The notes under the pieces are model-generated. The model had not been told where the DNA came from, searched no databases, and worked only from the letters and a program-made list of their open reading frames with translations. From Octopus bimaculoides (Eukaryota), in the NCBI RefSeq assembly GCF_001194135.2, contig NC_068996.1, positions 53,736,994-53,800,993 on the forward strand: DNA of 64,000 bases. Direction: 5' to 3'. The translations under genes and the position numbers were made by a program. The stretch's first letter is position 1. Every line of letters starts with the position of its first letter. Positions 27,062-41,253 of the stretch are shown piece by piece.

Positions 27062-27596
27062 AACAACAACAAAAATAAAACAGATAACAAGCAAGGCAGA
27101 TGAATGTATTGAAACTAATGGACGAAAATAATATAAGCGGAACTTAAGAATAAGAACAAAAATTTACATATCACTCCTCTCTACAGCCTATTGCTAGAAT
27201 CACGAAATCATGATCTCTTATGGAAGTCAGTTGTCCGTTTGACATCAAAGTCATAAGGAAAACACAAAAGAAAGAAAACACCAATGAACCAGTGATAAGG
27301 AGTTTGCAACTCCTAACTCCATTTAACATCATACCCATTGTTACAATAGCGGGAGGAAATGTACTCATTTGCTTTGAATCCAATGTGTGGCTGAAACTGG
27401 ATAAGAATTTAACTCCACAATTCATTCAGGGAAATAAAATATCTACAAGACTTGTTTTTTTAAAATCCAAAACGTGAATAGTTGCCTAAAAAATAACGAA
27501 AAGAACAAACTATCGTTCATTAAAAGCATCTTCTTTACAACCTTGTCATTATCCAAGTGGTTGTTCCAAATAAACTTTAAAATTTCAAACAAGGAA

Positions 27597-27705
<109 letters not shown>

Positions 27706-27867
27706 CCAAAATGGAAGAGAATGAAAGTTATGAGTGATTCTTCAGGAAGCACTCACTTTTTGATTCCTTTATTACAATTCCAGGCTAATGAACTAACATA
27801 CTCTTTTATAACATCTTTTTTGCATGGGTATGTTCTCCGTAAACTTGAGGTTATAGCTAATATAGAC

Positions 27868-28058
27868 CGGAACTTTTGGGGAGGAGGCCAGTCGATTAGA
27901 TCGACCCTGATACACAACTGGTACTTAATTTATCGACCCCGAAAGGATGAAAGGCAAAGTCGACCTCGGAGGAATTTAAACTCAGAACATAAAGACAGAC
28001 GAAATACCGTTAAGCATTTCGTCTGGCGTGCTAACCATTCTGCCAGCTCGCCACCTTA
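27868..28058 (-). mobile_element. SINE family A
   Basis: Reverse-complement family A, ending ttctgccagctcgccacc. Confidence 0.9.
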
Positions 28059-28744
28059 GCTATAGCTAATATTGACTGGAAGACTAATATCTTTTGGTTG
28101 TGCTGTTACATTTCTAGAGCATGAAATAGCTACTAAATATTCATTGAAGAGGAAAAAATAGCAAGATAACCTCAAGGTGCGACCGAAAATTTCGATTAAG
28201 TTATATGTCTGTGGAAAATATTACCTACGTAATATCTTAATCCAAAATATGTGTTCTGCCTTCCGCCGTGACATGATACTGTTACTAAAACAATATACCA
28301 TACCGTCCTTAGGAAACAGTGCCCTGGGATACTATTTCTGGTGTTAAGTATATACATAAGTTTCAACACTAGTAATATTGGGACATTCTTATCAAAACTC
28401 CACTAAATACAAACACAACAGACCTGATATAGTTGCTTGTGAAAGAAAAGAAAGCTTTATGTACTATGAGCTGTACAACAGATGTGAACCGACCTTTCAA
28501 AATTAAGGGGAAACAATGTATTCAATGTAACTGCTTCTTTATCCAGTTGTAACTTCAAATAATTATCGATGCGTTTACGCATTTCGTTTTTGCAGCAATC
28601 AGAAGCTAATATCACCCTCCTAACATGAAATAATCTAGAAAATCTCGTAGTTGAGAATGTCAAAAGAATTCAAATCTGTGTTAGTAGATGCATTTCATTG
28701 GTGAAAATTAATAATGTCTTCCATCGTCATGTTGTTGTTTGTTC

Positions 28745-29035
28745 CTTCTTGAGCCATGCCTAGCTCATAAAGGCCGGTTTCCCGATTTCATTAGCGTAGA
28801 GGTTCCCCACCTGGACGGGACACCGGTCCGTCGCAGGTGAGCTTCTAGATGCAGGAGGAAAGAATGAGAGAAAGTTGTGGCGAAAGAGTCAGCAGAAGTT
28901 CGCCATTACCTTCTGCCGGAGCCGCCTGGAGCTTAGGTGTTTCGGTCATAAACACACACATTGCCTGGACTGAGATTCGAACCCGTGATCCCTCGACCGC
29001 GAGTCCCCTGCTCTAACCACTAGGCCATCTTCCTC
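28745..29035 (-). mobile_element. SINE family C (long variant)
   Basis: Homologous to 18665-18955. Confidence 0.8.
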
Positions 29036-29118
29036 TACCTTGCATCAGTATAGGAGCATAAATTGATAAGAAAAAACGGATTGATATGGATCAAAATACC
29101 ACACCGATGCTAACCGCA

Positions 29119-29159
<41 letters not shown>

Positions 29160-29161
<2 letters not shown>

Positions 29162-29463
29162 AAACGTTAGCACACCGGGCGAAATGTTTAGCGGTATTTC
29201 GTCTGCCGCTACGTTCTGAGTTCAAATTCCGCCGAGGTCCACTTTGCCTTTCATCCTTACGGGGTTTATTAAATAAGTACCAGTTACGCACTNNNNNNNN
29301 NNTCTGAGTTCAAATTCCGCCGAGGTCCACTTTGCCTTTCATCCTTTCGGGGTTTATTAAATAAGTACCAGTTACGCACTGGGGTCGATATAATCGACTA
29401 ATCCGTTTGTCTATACTTGTTTGTCCCCTCTGTGTGTAGCCCCTTGTGGGTAGTAAAGAAATA
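29160..29463 (+). mobile_element. SINE family A with long tail (partly duplicated across a 10-N gap)
   Basis: gaaacgttagcacaccgggcgaaatg...gccccttgtgggtagtaaagaaat. Confidence 0.85.
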
Positions 29464-29671
29464 ACACACACACACACACACGAATCTGATGAAGTTCCAT
29501 AATTTTTCCGAGAACAAGACTTTGATCTACCCAAGGGTATGGAATAGAAGCCGCCAAAAACTCAGGAGCATCTGATTGCGAAATGAGCATCCTAATCATG
29601 CAGTCATACCCGTACCCATGTATACATTACGCACATGCATACACAAATGTGTGTGTGTGTATGTATGCGCA

Positions 29672-29710
<39 letters not shown>

Positions 29711-31224
29711 TCATACATGCAGACATATAAATAATAAATACAACGTCGTGTTTTTTAATTGGCACCTTGAAGTATTTACTTTCCCATCTGGTTACATACA
29801 CCAGAACATCTAATGTTTGCCGTTTTTATTTTATTTTTTAAATTTTATTTTATTTAATACTTACTCTTTGTTTTCTTTTCATTTATCTAATGTTATAACA
29901 GATTTTGTTTTTTAATTTCTTACTTGTAAGACATACCACATATGACGACATACATGACTTGAGGGAATATATTAGCTACTCTGAAAATATAATTTTAGGT
30001 TCTGAGGATTGCCACCGGATTTTGCATGTTTAGCTATGGCCCTGAATCTTCTAACAGCTAAACAAATACGAAGAACTTTGGGATTTTAAAAATATATATA
30101 CATTCAAGCTACTAAACAAATATTAGCGTCACTACCAAAAATGTTTGGAGTTTTAATGCCAGCTGCGACGTTCTCAGAGACTTCCAAGCCGAAACTTAAA
30201 AGCATAACTGAAAAATTAACATCAAGTTACACACAACTAGTTCAAATCAATATGTTTATAAGTAGAAATACATGTACACTTAATTTGTTAATAAAGCCAT
30301 GTACTTAATGACGGTCTATACGTAGAAGTATATTTATCAAGCGACAGTATGCCTAATAACAAGCGTATCGTTTGAGACGAAATAATCTCGGTTCATCTTA
30401 TTTGAAATGAGCTTGAGCAGTGAGCTGATCATTGCAACAAGAAAACTGCGAAGTAGGGTTCAACTTGATACTCTCACATCGACACACACATACATACACA
30501 AATATATTCATTGAAACACATTAATCACTTAAACACACAAATACATACAACAAACCTACACACGTGTATGAATGTAAATTGTATATATGTATACGCGGAT
30601 GTATGAATGTATGTATCTACATATACGCTCACCCAAACATATTACTTAGATATATGAATACTGTGTGTATTTGTGCAAGTGTATATATGCATGCATGCAT
30701 GAGTGTAATAAATGCAGAAGTATGTATTCGTCATTTTAATTCTTTGAACTCTTATAAAGATTATAAAGACGTGGTTGGTTTCTAGCAAACAACGGAATGT
30801 TTAATCTTGAAATTTGCAAAAATTTTCCGTTCTGCTTACTGACTGAATAATAAATATGCTTTAGTTCGGTGGTTTTCTTTGCCTGAAAACCTCGACTTTT
30901 CTAGCTTATTACTTAAAAACTTATTTACAAAACCAAGTTCGTCGATGATTAAAAGCAAAAATGTGAATTCATAAAATGGATTGAAATGTTATATTTCGAT
31001 TATCTGTTCGTATCCCTTGCCAACACACAGACACTTCAAAGAATCTCGATTTCTTTACTTCTCTCCAAACTTAGCCTCTATTCATCTATTACTCGTAGCT
31101 GTTTATTACTGCTTTAAAAAGTCTGCTTTAGTACACATCCATATACTGCATAATACTCTCACTTCTCGAAGACTGTAGCTCCTTAATGTGCTAAAGACAC
31201 ACATACCCATAACGTAGTTCTTAA

Positions 31225-31405
31225 GGAGATTCGGTGTGACACTGAATGCGACAAGGTTGGCCCTCTTGAATTACGAGTACAACTTGGTTTTTGCCAGCTG
31301 AGTGGACCGGAGCAATCTGAAACAAAGTGCTTTGCTGGGAATCGAACTCACGACTTTACGATCGTGAGTCGAATATCCCTAACCACCAAGCCACGCACCT
31401 ACTCA
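31225..31405 (-). mobile_element. SINE family C-like
   Basis: tttttgccagctgagtggac...gggaatcgaactc...aaccaccaagccacg. Confidence 0.75.
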
Positions 31406-31804
31406 CGGGCTTTATTTATCTCCTATCTGTCAGAAGCTTACTCTCAGATCATATAATCACAGTGTGTTCTGAGCGAGCAGTCTGTCCACTTGTCACTTTT
31501 AGTCTCTCAAAGTGTGATAATATCTTTCACACTCTTTTCCGTTTATGTTAGAAACCCGTTTGCTGTCACTTCTAATTGCGCTCAATCCAATGCCGATGGT
31601 TTTTCTTATTAAGCTTTCTCACACGTGCAGTCAAGACACAGCTTTAAATTTGCGCTACATCCATATAGAGAAATTCGGAAAACATCTTGTAGTAAGACAT
31701 AACAAATCTTACTGGCTGAGTGCCTTAAGACATGATCACTGATTATATCATAAAAATATTCCTTTATTTCACCTTCACTAACCATGAATTGCGCGCAATT
31801 AAAA

Positions 31805-32030
31805 CTCCCAAATATTGGCTTCAAAGTTTGGTACAAAACCTGCAGTTTTGGGGGAAGGGATAAATCAACTACATCGACTCCAGTACTCAACTGATGCTTA
31901 TTTTATCGACCCCGGAAGGATTAAAGATAAAGTCGACTTTGACAGAATTTGAGCTCAGAACACGAAGACAGACGAAATGTCACTGAGCATTTTGGATGAT
32001 GTGCTAACGATTCTGCCAACTCTCCGCTTT
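31805..32030 (-). mobile_element. SINE family A
   Basis: Reverse-complement family A. Confidence 0.85.
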
Positions 32031-32849
32031 AAAAGCTCTCAAATATTAATACTTATTAATCTCTGATGATCTTCCCCGCCAATCTCGTATATCTAACAAA
32101 GCTCTAAATCTGTGCCATAAGAACTCTCTCTTCAGGTCTAAAAAGTATTTCACCTACCGAATATTTCACTTAGCGAACTTGTATAAAGTTCAAGAGCTAC
32201 AATGGAATACTGCTTTCAAATTAGGGATGTTGCTGAAATCTTTAGACGATCTTAAGGCATCATACGGATGAAGGTAGTTCGATTAACAAGCAAAAACTCA
32301 CTAATATACTACAACTTCTGGCCTATAGATGCGCTGTTTTTACTCTTCTTCTCTCTGTCTATTCTATTCTGTCATAACGGCTTCTTATTCCTGTCTAGCT
32401 GCTTAACACGTCCACCCAAGCCCACCCATTAAACTCGTCTCCCCCATGCTGTGTCTCACCACCCAGACTCCGCACTAACTCAGTGCCTCTTCTGCAGAAC
32501 ATCAATTCTTAAAAAAACCCTTCTCCACCGTATCTATCTTTTCTTTTTCTTTAGACATGACTTACAGATGTTCAAGTTTAACGTAAACCACACATATCTC
32601 ACTAGTGATGGAGAGCCTGCAGGGAAACTGAACCCATTCCATCCCCTTTCTTATGACTAACCATTAAAATAAAAACAACGCCAAGTGATGTCGAATACAG
32701 TGTTGCTGTTTAAACTTGTGAACACCATTCATTGCAGCAACTTCACCATCAACAACAATAATACAATAACAACGAATGCAATGCACCACATAGTGATTGT
32801 ATCAACAATTTCTAACATATGTGCAACGTAATGAAAATAGTAATAATAA

Positions 32850-33420
32850 TTTCTTTTATTGGCCACAAGGGCCCAAAAACATGGAGGACAATATCGAAGG
32901 ACGAGTTACAGCACACAAACAACAAAACAAAAAACTAAAACACAAGCACAGGTGGCGTTTACATTGAAAAAAGGCAGATAATACCACATTAAAGAAAATA
33001 ACGGGATGTATTATAGAAATTAGAGAAATAAATGGTAAACAAATAAATAATTAGAATACCCCACTTAGGGTAATTCGGGGAGGAAAGTTCCCTCTTCTAG
33101 TTTCTTTCCTCCTGCTTATGAAAGCCTCCCCAGAGCCGATCCATTCAGTCTCGCCAGTCTTACCATTGTTGACCACCTTTTGGTAAACATCCCAGAACGC
33201 AGCACCTCATTCTCTACCCTCATCTTCCTCTTCAAGTGATATTTGATAAATAAAAAAAAAAAAACACTGATGAGGGCTTAGATAGTAATGTGCCTGTCTT
33301 CAAACCTTTCTGATGGTTCCACCACACAGCCTTTTTTTGCCAAAGGAACTAAGCAGAGAAAGATCTGCTTTCCTTCTCTGCTAAGGAATGGTGGTGCGTG
33401 AATCTTCACTATACATTCCG
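32850..33420 (-). mobile_element. Tx1/L1-clade LINE 3' end
   Basis: IVKIHAPPFLSREGKQIFLCLV...KYHLKRKMRVENEVL...KRW, then a UTR ending gcccttgtggccaataaaagaa(tta)n. Confidence 0.7.
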
Positions 33421-33429
33421 CAGACAATA

Positions 33430-33825
33430 ATAATCTTTTCAACTATAGGCACAAACCTTGCGTGAGGAGACTAGTCAATTACATCGATCCCAATGCTCAA
33501 CTGGTACTTATTTTAATCGACCCCAAAAGGATGAAAAGCAAAGTCGACTTCGGCGGAATTTGAACTCAGAACGTAAAGACAGACGAAATGCCGCTAAACG
33601 TTTCGGCCAATTCTTTGTTATAGGTACAAGTCCTGGAATTTTGGGGGAGGGGAATAGTCGAGTACATTGACACCAATGTTTCACTGGTACTTATTTTATC
33701 GACCCCGGAAGTATAAAAGACATATCCAACCTTGACGGAGTTCGAACTCAAATTGTAAAGACAGACGAAATGCTGCTATGCATTTCGCCCGATGTGCAAA
33801 CGATTCTGCCACCTCGTCGCCTTCA
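33430..33825 (-). mobile_element. Two tandem family A SINEs
   Basis: Two successive reverse-complement copies followed by (AAT)n. Confidence 0.85.
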
Positions 33826-34194
33826 ATAATCACAATAATAATAATAATAATGATAATAATAATAAATAATATCTTGATGTGAGTTCACCATGTCGCGCAC
33901 ATATGATTGTGATGCATGTGCTTGGTGTACCCTTATCAGACGGGTAGTCATGATGGGTATAATGGGCTTCGCATATTTGTACCTNNNNNNNNNNNNNNNN
34001 NNNNNNNNNNNNNNNNNNNNNNNNNNNNNNNNNNNNNNNNNNNNNNNNNNNNNTTCACCATGTCGCGCACATATGATTGTGATGCATGTGCTTGGTGTAC
34101 CCTTATCAGACGGGTAGTCATGATGGGTATAATGGGCTTCGCATATTTGTACCTTAGTGTCACTTTGATGGCATGTTCTCTCATTCAATAATAA

Positions 34195-34765
34195 TTATGC
34201 CCGGATGCAGTACCAGGCAGTGGCTCTCATGGCTTCTGATCTTAATTGATTGGAAGTGTTATCATGTACATTGTTTTGTCTTGGTATAAAAAGATGGGTT
34301 ACAGCAAATATTCTGCTCAATACCACAGATTTGCTTGTCAGTTGTTTGACCTTAACCAGTTGCGCATGTCCATAGGTGGCTGACGATATGTGCATCTCTG
34401 ATCATGAGCAGAAGTAGTAGGGGAGCATCATAGCCATGTGTTGAGAGGAATTCTTTGGGTTTTGGATAATTCACCCTTGGAAACGTGGGTGTTTCGTTCA
34501 ACATCCTTAAAACAAACCTTATTCAGGGACCTTTTGATTGGGATGGGCTACTCAACCTGAAAAAAATTCTAACTGGGTCCCACCTGCGAGGTCATGCGCT
34601 GTTTATCTTGATATGACATTATCATGTCGTGCACATATGGTTGTGATGCATGTGCCTGGTGTACCCTTACCAGACGGGTAGTCATGCTGGGTATCCTGGG
34701 CTCTGTATATAAATGTACCCCAGTGTCACATTGATGGCATGCACTGCTCTCTCACTCAATAATAA
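34195..34765 (+). mobile_element. ~570-bp interspersed repeat ending in (AAT)n; extra 3'-end copies at 33884-34190
   Basis: The 3' part catgtcgcgcacatatg...gtgtacccttatcagacgggtagtcatg...gtgtcactttgatggcatg occurs three times locally. Confidence 0.7.
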
Positions 34766-36719
34766 TAATCCTTTCTACTACAAGCACAAAGCTTGAAATT
34801 TTTGGAAGGGGTCTAGTTGATTACATCAACCCCAGTGCTCGACTGGTACTTATTTTTGTTACAAATGTAGAAGGGTACACATTTTGTGAACATGTTCAGT
34901 TAATGATATATCAACCCTTCGTGATTTGAACTCAAAATGTCCACTGTTTTAATGATTCAGCCACTCTACAAAGCCAGTCAGCGAAGCCCGTCTGAAAGTC
35001 GCTCGACATACTAGAAATAGCTAAATCTCCCTCAAATAACCATGTACTCTTTTGAAAAACAATCCATTGGACAATCTGGTCCTGGATACACAAACAGGCG
35101 GATGGTCATAACTGGAACGTCTTCAATCATATCTGTTCGATCTGGTCTGACTTGGGATTAACTTTGCCTAAACATTCTGTTTCTAATGGATGCTTGCTAC
35201 TGATGATATGCAAATATGCAGAAATCTAGGTTTAGCTGTTCTTCTGACAGTACTTTTTCGTCTGTTACCGATACACTTCAGTGCTTTTTAGCAACAATAT
35301 ACATCGGTATAAGCAGCTTTTTCATGACAAATATTGTAGCTTTGTGGCTTTCGATAATGAATCCACTTTAAGTAAGATAAACTGAATACTGAATGATAAA
35401 TATTCGTATTGTCAAGGATATAGAATCTTTATTAGTCGGTAGTATTCATGAAAAGTCCGGGAAGCCGGTGAACGTTAATTTGGATAAAAACTATGAAAAC
35501 TAATTCTGAGAGAACCTCTTCTGTGAGTTCCTTGCCCTACCTGGAAATGATTAAAAAAACAAGTCATTCTGTATATTATCTCCTGATGGCCTGGTGGGTG
35601 GGCATCGTGGATTTTGACGATAAACTGAAAACTCAGCTGTTAAGTTTTATCTGTAACAACAAAAGCCCTTTTATAAACTTATTTTCCCACAAAAGAAAAA
35701 AAAAAGAAGAAAAGAAAAAGTTTCTCTCCCCGAAATAACAACAAAAACAATAACGTAGCAACAACTTCAACAATTAACTCGAAAATGTTGGTAACTAACG
35801 ATCAAACTTTAAACAGCTGGGNNNNNNNNNNNNNNNNNNNGAAATGTCAGCATCGCTGGCCTGGTGGGGATGAGCAGTAAAGTAGGTGAACCCTGTCTCA
35901 TCAGCCAAACACGCCACGAAAGATGTAGACTATTACAAGAATATTGTAAAGTCTACTCCAGTACGAAATCAACCATAATTCAAACTCTAAAATGTGACAC
36001 AAATGTTCAAGCGAATGCATACTCACACACACGCATGCACAAAATCCACACACGCGCGCACACACTCTTTTATAAACAAGTCATAACATCAACTTAACTC
36101 GTCAAATTTGTACCCAGAAAATATCAGAACAGAGTATCTCTTTTTTGCATGTATTTCTTATTTCCTCATATTTTTTTTTAATATCTATTACGCCCATCTG
36201 TCTGCAATTGCTCTGTTCTACATCTATCTCTTCATTTGCTAACTCGACTCTGTTTTCTGTACTGTCTGTTTCTTAATTTCACTCTCTCACCTCATTCCGT
36301 TGTCTAAAACTGAAATAGGTCACTGCTATTCTGCTGGTAAGAAGTATAATTTCGGGAAAAAAGACGGAATTTGGATTTCAACCACGTTGATTATTCTGAA
36401 ATATAAACTGACATGTATACGATTTCAGTGATGCAAACTCTGATAATTTTTAATAGTTAAACAGACATGGACGCAACATATAAAATCCAGAGATTAGATA
36501 TGAAGTGTAGGTTTTAATTACATCAGATTTTCATTCGTTTATTGTTTAAAACAAACATTCAAGTTAATATTGAAGCATAAAAAACTGCAGATAAATTTGA
36601 AACAAATTTTATTCTGACGAAATTGGAAAATATTTTTCAATTGTCACAAGTCCATCATAGAGAGCTTCTCAGTGGTAAACGAAGGCTAATACATGCTAAA
36701 ATACTTTTCATCTGGAACT

Positions 36720-36905
36720 TCGGTTCTTGGGGACAGTATCAGAAGGTATCGAGAGAAATATAACAGAAATCAGAATAGAGTGCCCAGTAGAAAGGTTTGC
36801 CTCTTTGACACAGCCAGAATAATCAGAAAAGTATTAGATAGTTGAAAAGAACAGATAGTGATGCCATAGGCTTCAGGAGTTGCAACAAAACCTGAGATAA
36901 AAATA
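36720..36905 (+). mobile_element. 3' end of an R4-type LINE
   Basis: LGTVS...CLFDTARIIRKVLDS* then UTR and (TAA)n. Confidence 0.65.
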
Positions 36906-36929
36906 ACAAATAATAATAATAATAATAAT

Positions 36930-39896
36930 GATAGGTTTGAAATTACTGAACAGAGATTATGTGACCAAGGAAGAGCAATACGAAAGAATGGATGGTTAAC
37001 AGAATTGGAGCTAGAAGGTATTAAAAGGATGATATCGGGTGAGGATGGGTGTGTGAGAAATGAAAGTGGTATAGTAGAAGAGATGGACAGTTGTTTGCAA
37101 GAATATGCTACTGTGAATTGTGAAAGAATTGAGATCAGTGACTACTCAAACAATGAAGATTGATTAACAATAGACAGAATTTTGGATCTTTTATATACAG
37201 AAGGTACAGAGTTTATGTGCGACTTTAAGAAGGATAACGAATGGAGATTAAATCAAGAGATGAATAAAGGTGATGATGTATTGAGACACATTGAAACAAA
37301 GAACATCATACAAACAATCTTATCAAGGCTGCTGGTAGGATTGTGGCAGAAAGGATAGGATTGAAAACTTAAGAAGAAATATGGTGTAGATACAAAAGGC
37401 CTGAATGTTGTAATTGAAGAACTGAAGTAGCACATACATGCAAAAAAAGGGAAAGCTAACTAGGTTTGAATAATGGATTAAGCAATACCAGAAAAACAAA
37501 TTGTTTAGAACCGACCATAAAAGATTTTATCAAGAGATTAATGATGACAGAAAACGTGAAAGATTAGTTCCTGATGCTGATGAAAGAATAGCATAATACT
37601 ACAGCTGAATGGTTCTGCAGCCTGAAGCAAACAACTTCTTATCCCCAGAAAGAGGCTATCCACTTCACAGAAGAGAGTATCAGAAATATGAGTAAAAAGA
37701 TAAGCAATTGGATAAAGTAGTTGAGTAGTTGCCATAAATTAATCGCAGAGCAATTTAATGCATTGATCAATGGAGAATAAGAAATCCTGGGTTGGTTGAC
37801 AAAAGGACGATCGGTGTTGTGCCTGAAGGATGCATCACAGAGAAATGCTGCTGACAATTACAGACCAATTCCCTGCCTCCCATTAATGTGGAAGTTACTG
37901 TCAGGAAGAATTGCAGAAGAACTAAATAAATTTTTTGATGAGAATGATATATTACCAACGGAACAAAAAGGCTGATGCAGAGGTACCAAAGATCAACTAT
38001 TGATGTTGGTATTGCAAAATGGTATTGCAAGATTGTAAACGAAGGAGAACAAATCTGGGAATGGCCTGGATTTACTATCATAAAGCTTATGATATGATTC
38101 CATGTTTGTGGATCATTGAGTGCTTAAATCTGTTTGGAATTGTGAGGAATGTAATGTGTCTCCTGAAGAGAAGTATGGTGAGATGGAAAACTGAACTGAC
38201 ATCTTACGGAAAAAGCTTGGGTACCCTGGGTATCAGAAGAGGAATTTTCCAGGGTGACAGCCTATCTCCATTGCTTTTTGTTCTCTGCATGATACCACTG
38301 ACCTTGGTACTTAGGAAAATGAACCTGGGAAATCAACTAAAGGGAAAATCCCAAATAATTAACCATTTCCTCTTCATGGATGATTTGAAACTTTATGGCA
38401 AAGATGAGACACAAGTGGGTTTCTTGGAGAACACAGTTCACTATTTTAGTACTGATATTAGATTATAATTTGGACTCAAGGTGTGTGGAATAATCTATCT
38501 AAAAAGAGGCAAGGTACAGTCCCTAGCAGGGATAGAATTACCAAATAGAGACTTAATCAAGCAAATTGAAATGGAAGGATACAAATACCTTGGTGTACCA
38601 GAGTTCAACGAAATGATGGAAAAGGAAATGAAAGAGAAACTGAGGATGGAGTATTTTTGAAGACTGAGGCTGGTGTTGTGCTCAAAATTGACTGGATGGA
38701 ATAAAGTCCAAGTAGTTAATATGTGGGAGATTGCATCACTTTGGTATGGAGCAGGAATTATAAAATGGCAAAAGAGAGAAATGAAGAAAATGGATACCAA
38801 AACCAGAAAAATGTTGACGATACACAAAGCCTTCCACTCTAAGAGTGACACCGATAGGCTGTACTTGTCCAGAAGAAAGGGTGGGGGAGGTTTGATCAGT
38901 TGTTAGAATTGTATCGAGGCAGAGAAAAACAACTGTGGAGCCACTGTTATAACACATGAAGAAGGTGTAAACAAAACTGAAAATTGTGTGATGACAGACG
39001 AATTTAAACAAGAAATGAACAAAAAAGAAAAAGAAAAACCATGGAAGGAAAGGAAAATATGCAGTCAGTTTGCAAGAGATGTGAATGCCAAGACAGATAT
39101 GGCTATGGATGAGGAGGAGTGATGTGAAGATAGAGACAGAAGCACTCATATGTGCAGCTCAGGAACTAGTGTTAAGGATCAGCTATATGAAGTGCAGAAT
39201 TGACAACATTACCGATAGCAACAAATACAGAATGTGTGGTGAGAGGGGTGAAACAGTATGGCACATCATAAGTGAATGCTCGAAATTGGCACAACATAAA
39301 TACAAAAGATGCCATGACATTGAGGCAGAAATGATCCAATGGGAACTCTGTAGAAAACATGGCCTACAAAGAGATGTGGTATGAACAAACCCCAGAAGGA
39401 GTCACTGAAAATGAGAACTGGAAAATCCTGTGGAATGCAATGGCCCAGTGTGATCCCCTGACCAGACATCAGAAACCAGACTTTGTTGTGGTGAATAAAA
39501 AAGAAAGAACATACATGATAATCAACATAACATGTCCCGGTAACAACAGGATCAATTTGAAAGAAGAAGAAGAAGAAGAAAAAACAAATAAACAACTGTG
39601 ATGATTCGAAGTGGGAAATACGAAGGTTATGGTCAATGAGGAGAGCAGACGTGATACCAATAGTAATTGGTGCAGTTGGAAGTATCAGCGCTCAACTACC
39701 AACGTGGCCGAAAAAGATTGGTACAAGTGTGAAGGTAGAACACCTACAAAACTCTGCATTGCTTGGAACTGTAAGAATTCTTCACAGGGTTTTTGAAGAA
39801 GCATGACCAGTAAACAAATGTCACCTTAGTCTGCTGGCTGTGGACAGCTGACACTTTCCATCATACCCAGCAATATAAGCTGTGAGTTTTTAACAC
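36930..39896 (+). mobile_element. ~3-kb R4/Dong-clade non-LTR retrotransposon (RT + CCHC + RLE), pseudogenised and flanked by (TAA)n
   Basis: RT motifs YHKAYDMIP, GIFQGDSLSPLLF and FMDDLKLYGK; KYRMCGERGETVWHIISEC zinc knuckle; KPDFVVV endonuclease; stops and frameshifts throughout. Confidence 0.93.
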
Positions 39897-39944
39897 ATAA
39901 TAATAATAATAATAATTATTATAATAATCATAATAATGATAATC

Positions 39945-40071
39945 CTTTCTAATATAGGCACAAGGCCTGAAATTTCAGGGGAGAGGATAAGTCGATTACA
40001 TTGACCCCAGTGTTTCACTGGTACTTAATTTATTGGCCCTGAAAGGATAAAAGGAAAAGTTGACCTTGGTG

Positions 40072-40075
<4 letters not shown>
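39945..40075 (-). mobile_element. SINE family A 3' half, CpG-decayed
   Basis: acattgaccccag / ttggccctgaaagg / gttgaccttggtgg carry CpG-to-TpG/CpA changes relative to other copies. Confidence 0.8.
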
Positions 40076-40109
<34 letters not shown>

Positions 40110-40110
<1 letters not shown>

Positions 40111-40350
40111 GGCTGCAGAACAAGTCAGTGAGACATAAAGAAAGTATGGAGTAGCTAACAAAAGTGGAAAGACAACTAGCAAACTGCACCAAGACAAAAA
40201 TATGTCAGAATTAATCTATATACAGTAAGACAGAAGTTTTAAAAAATAGCAAATTGGAAAGGACCAGGTCTGGATGGAGTACAAGGCTATTAACTGAAGA
40301 ACTTTACACAGTTGCATGAAAGGATCGCTGTGCAAATGTTTTGTGTGTGG
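40110..40350 (+). mobile_element. R4-type RT N-terminal fragment
   Basis: KIANWKGPGLDGVQGY*LKNFTQLHERIA. Confidence 0.75.
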
Positions 40351-41028
40351 TGAGATATTTTGAGAGTGCCTGAAGACTTCCGTTTTACGTTTGTAAATGT
40401 ACAACTGTTAACTAAGCAGTTTGTTTAGTTGACAGTTGTACTATTTCTATGTTGAACCCTTTCTCAACTAGGAATGAGGAAATAAATGCTAACAACAGTT
40501 ATTTTATTTCCTTTGAAATTATAATTCATCATAAACCATTTATCAAGATAACACCTGAATTCTGAAGTCATTTAGCAAGCATAGTTCTAAAAAAACTTGA
40601 AGTAATTTTGTTGTATTTATTAATTATATCTCAAAGAAATTGTGAAGACTTTGGTGCATCACCAGTCAGGCTCTTGTTTTCTTTGTTTAGATTTTGGCAG
40701 CTGGTTTCCTGGGAATGGCTGATAAGGGCATTTGCTTACTCTTGCAGTGTGGGTATGTTATGTGAAATTATTTTTGTGATGTATTTTAACGGATGTTGCT
40801 GTTAATTACTTTGGTGTTTTCTTGTTTGGCTCTTTATTTTGATTACAGTGTTTGCTAGTTTTCTCTTTTCCTATGGTTTATTTCATTTATTAGCTTTTTG
40901 GTTGCTTGATATTTATTTCTAATTATGTTTTGTGTGGTGTTAGTGCATAATATTCAAGGTTTTTCCTGGTTTTTATCATGCTTACATTTTCAGATGTGTA
41001 ACTGGGTTTGCCTTGCAGGATATGTTTT

Positions 41029-41253
41029 TTAACCCTTTAGCATTTAAACCAGCCATATCCAGCCCTAATCTTACACCTGTTTTATGTTTAAACTGGCCAG
41101 ATCTAGCCTATCCCATACCTATTCTACAATGTCATTGCAAAAATATACAGTTGCATCATCAAAATTTCAAAGCTGTGAGATAACATGATTAACAGAAAAT
41201 AATGTGAAAAAGAATAAGCATTACATTTGACAGAATGAATGCTATAGGGTTAA
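41029..41253. mobile_element. piggyBac-like MITE (family 1)
   Basis: Ends TTAA-ccctttagcatt and aatgctataggg-TTAA; related copies at ~41525-41716 (inverted) and ~45914-46144. Confidence 0.78.

Noticed and set aside
40744-40760. Possible 5-nt micro-exon (cttgcag|TGTGG|gtatgt)
   Set aside because: Inclusion would frameshift the NIDO reading frame, and such matches are expected by chance in 54 kb.
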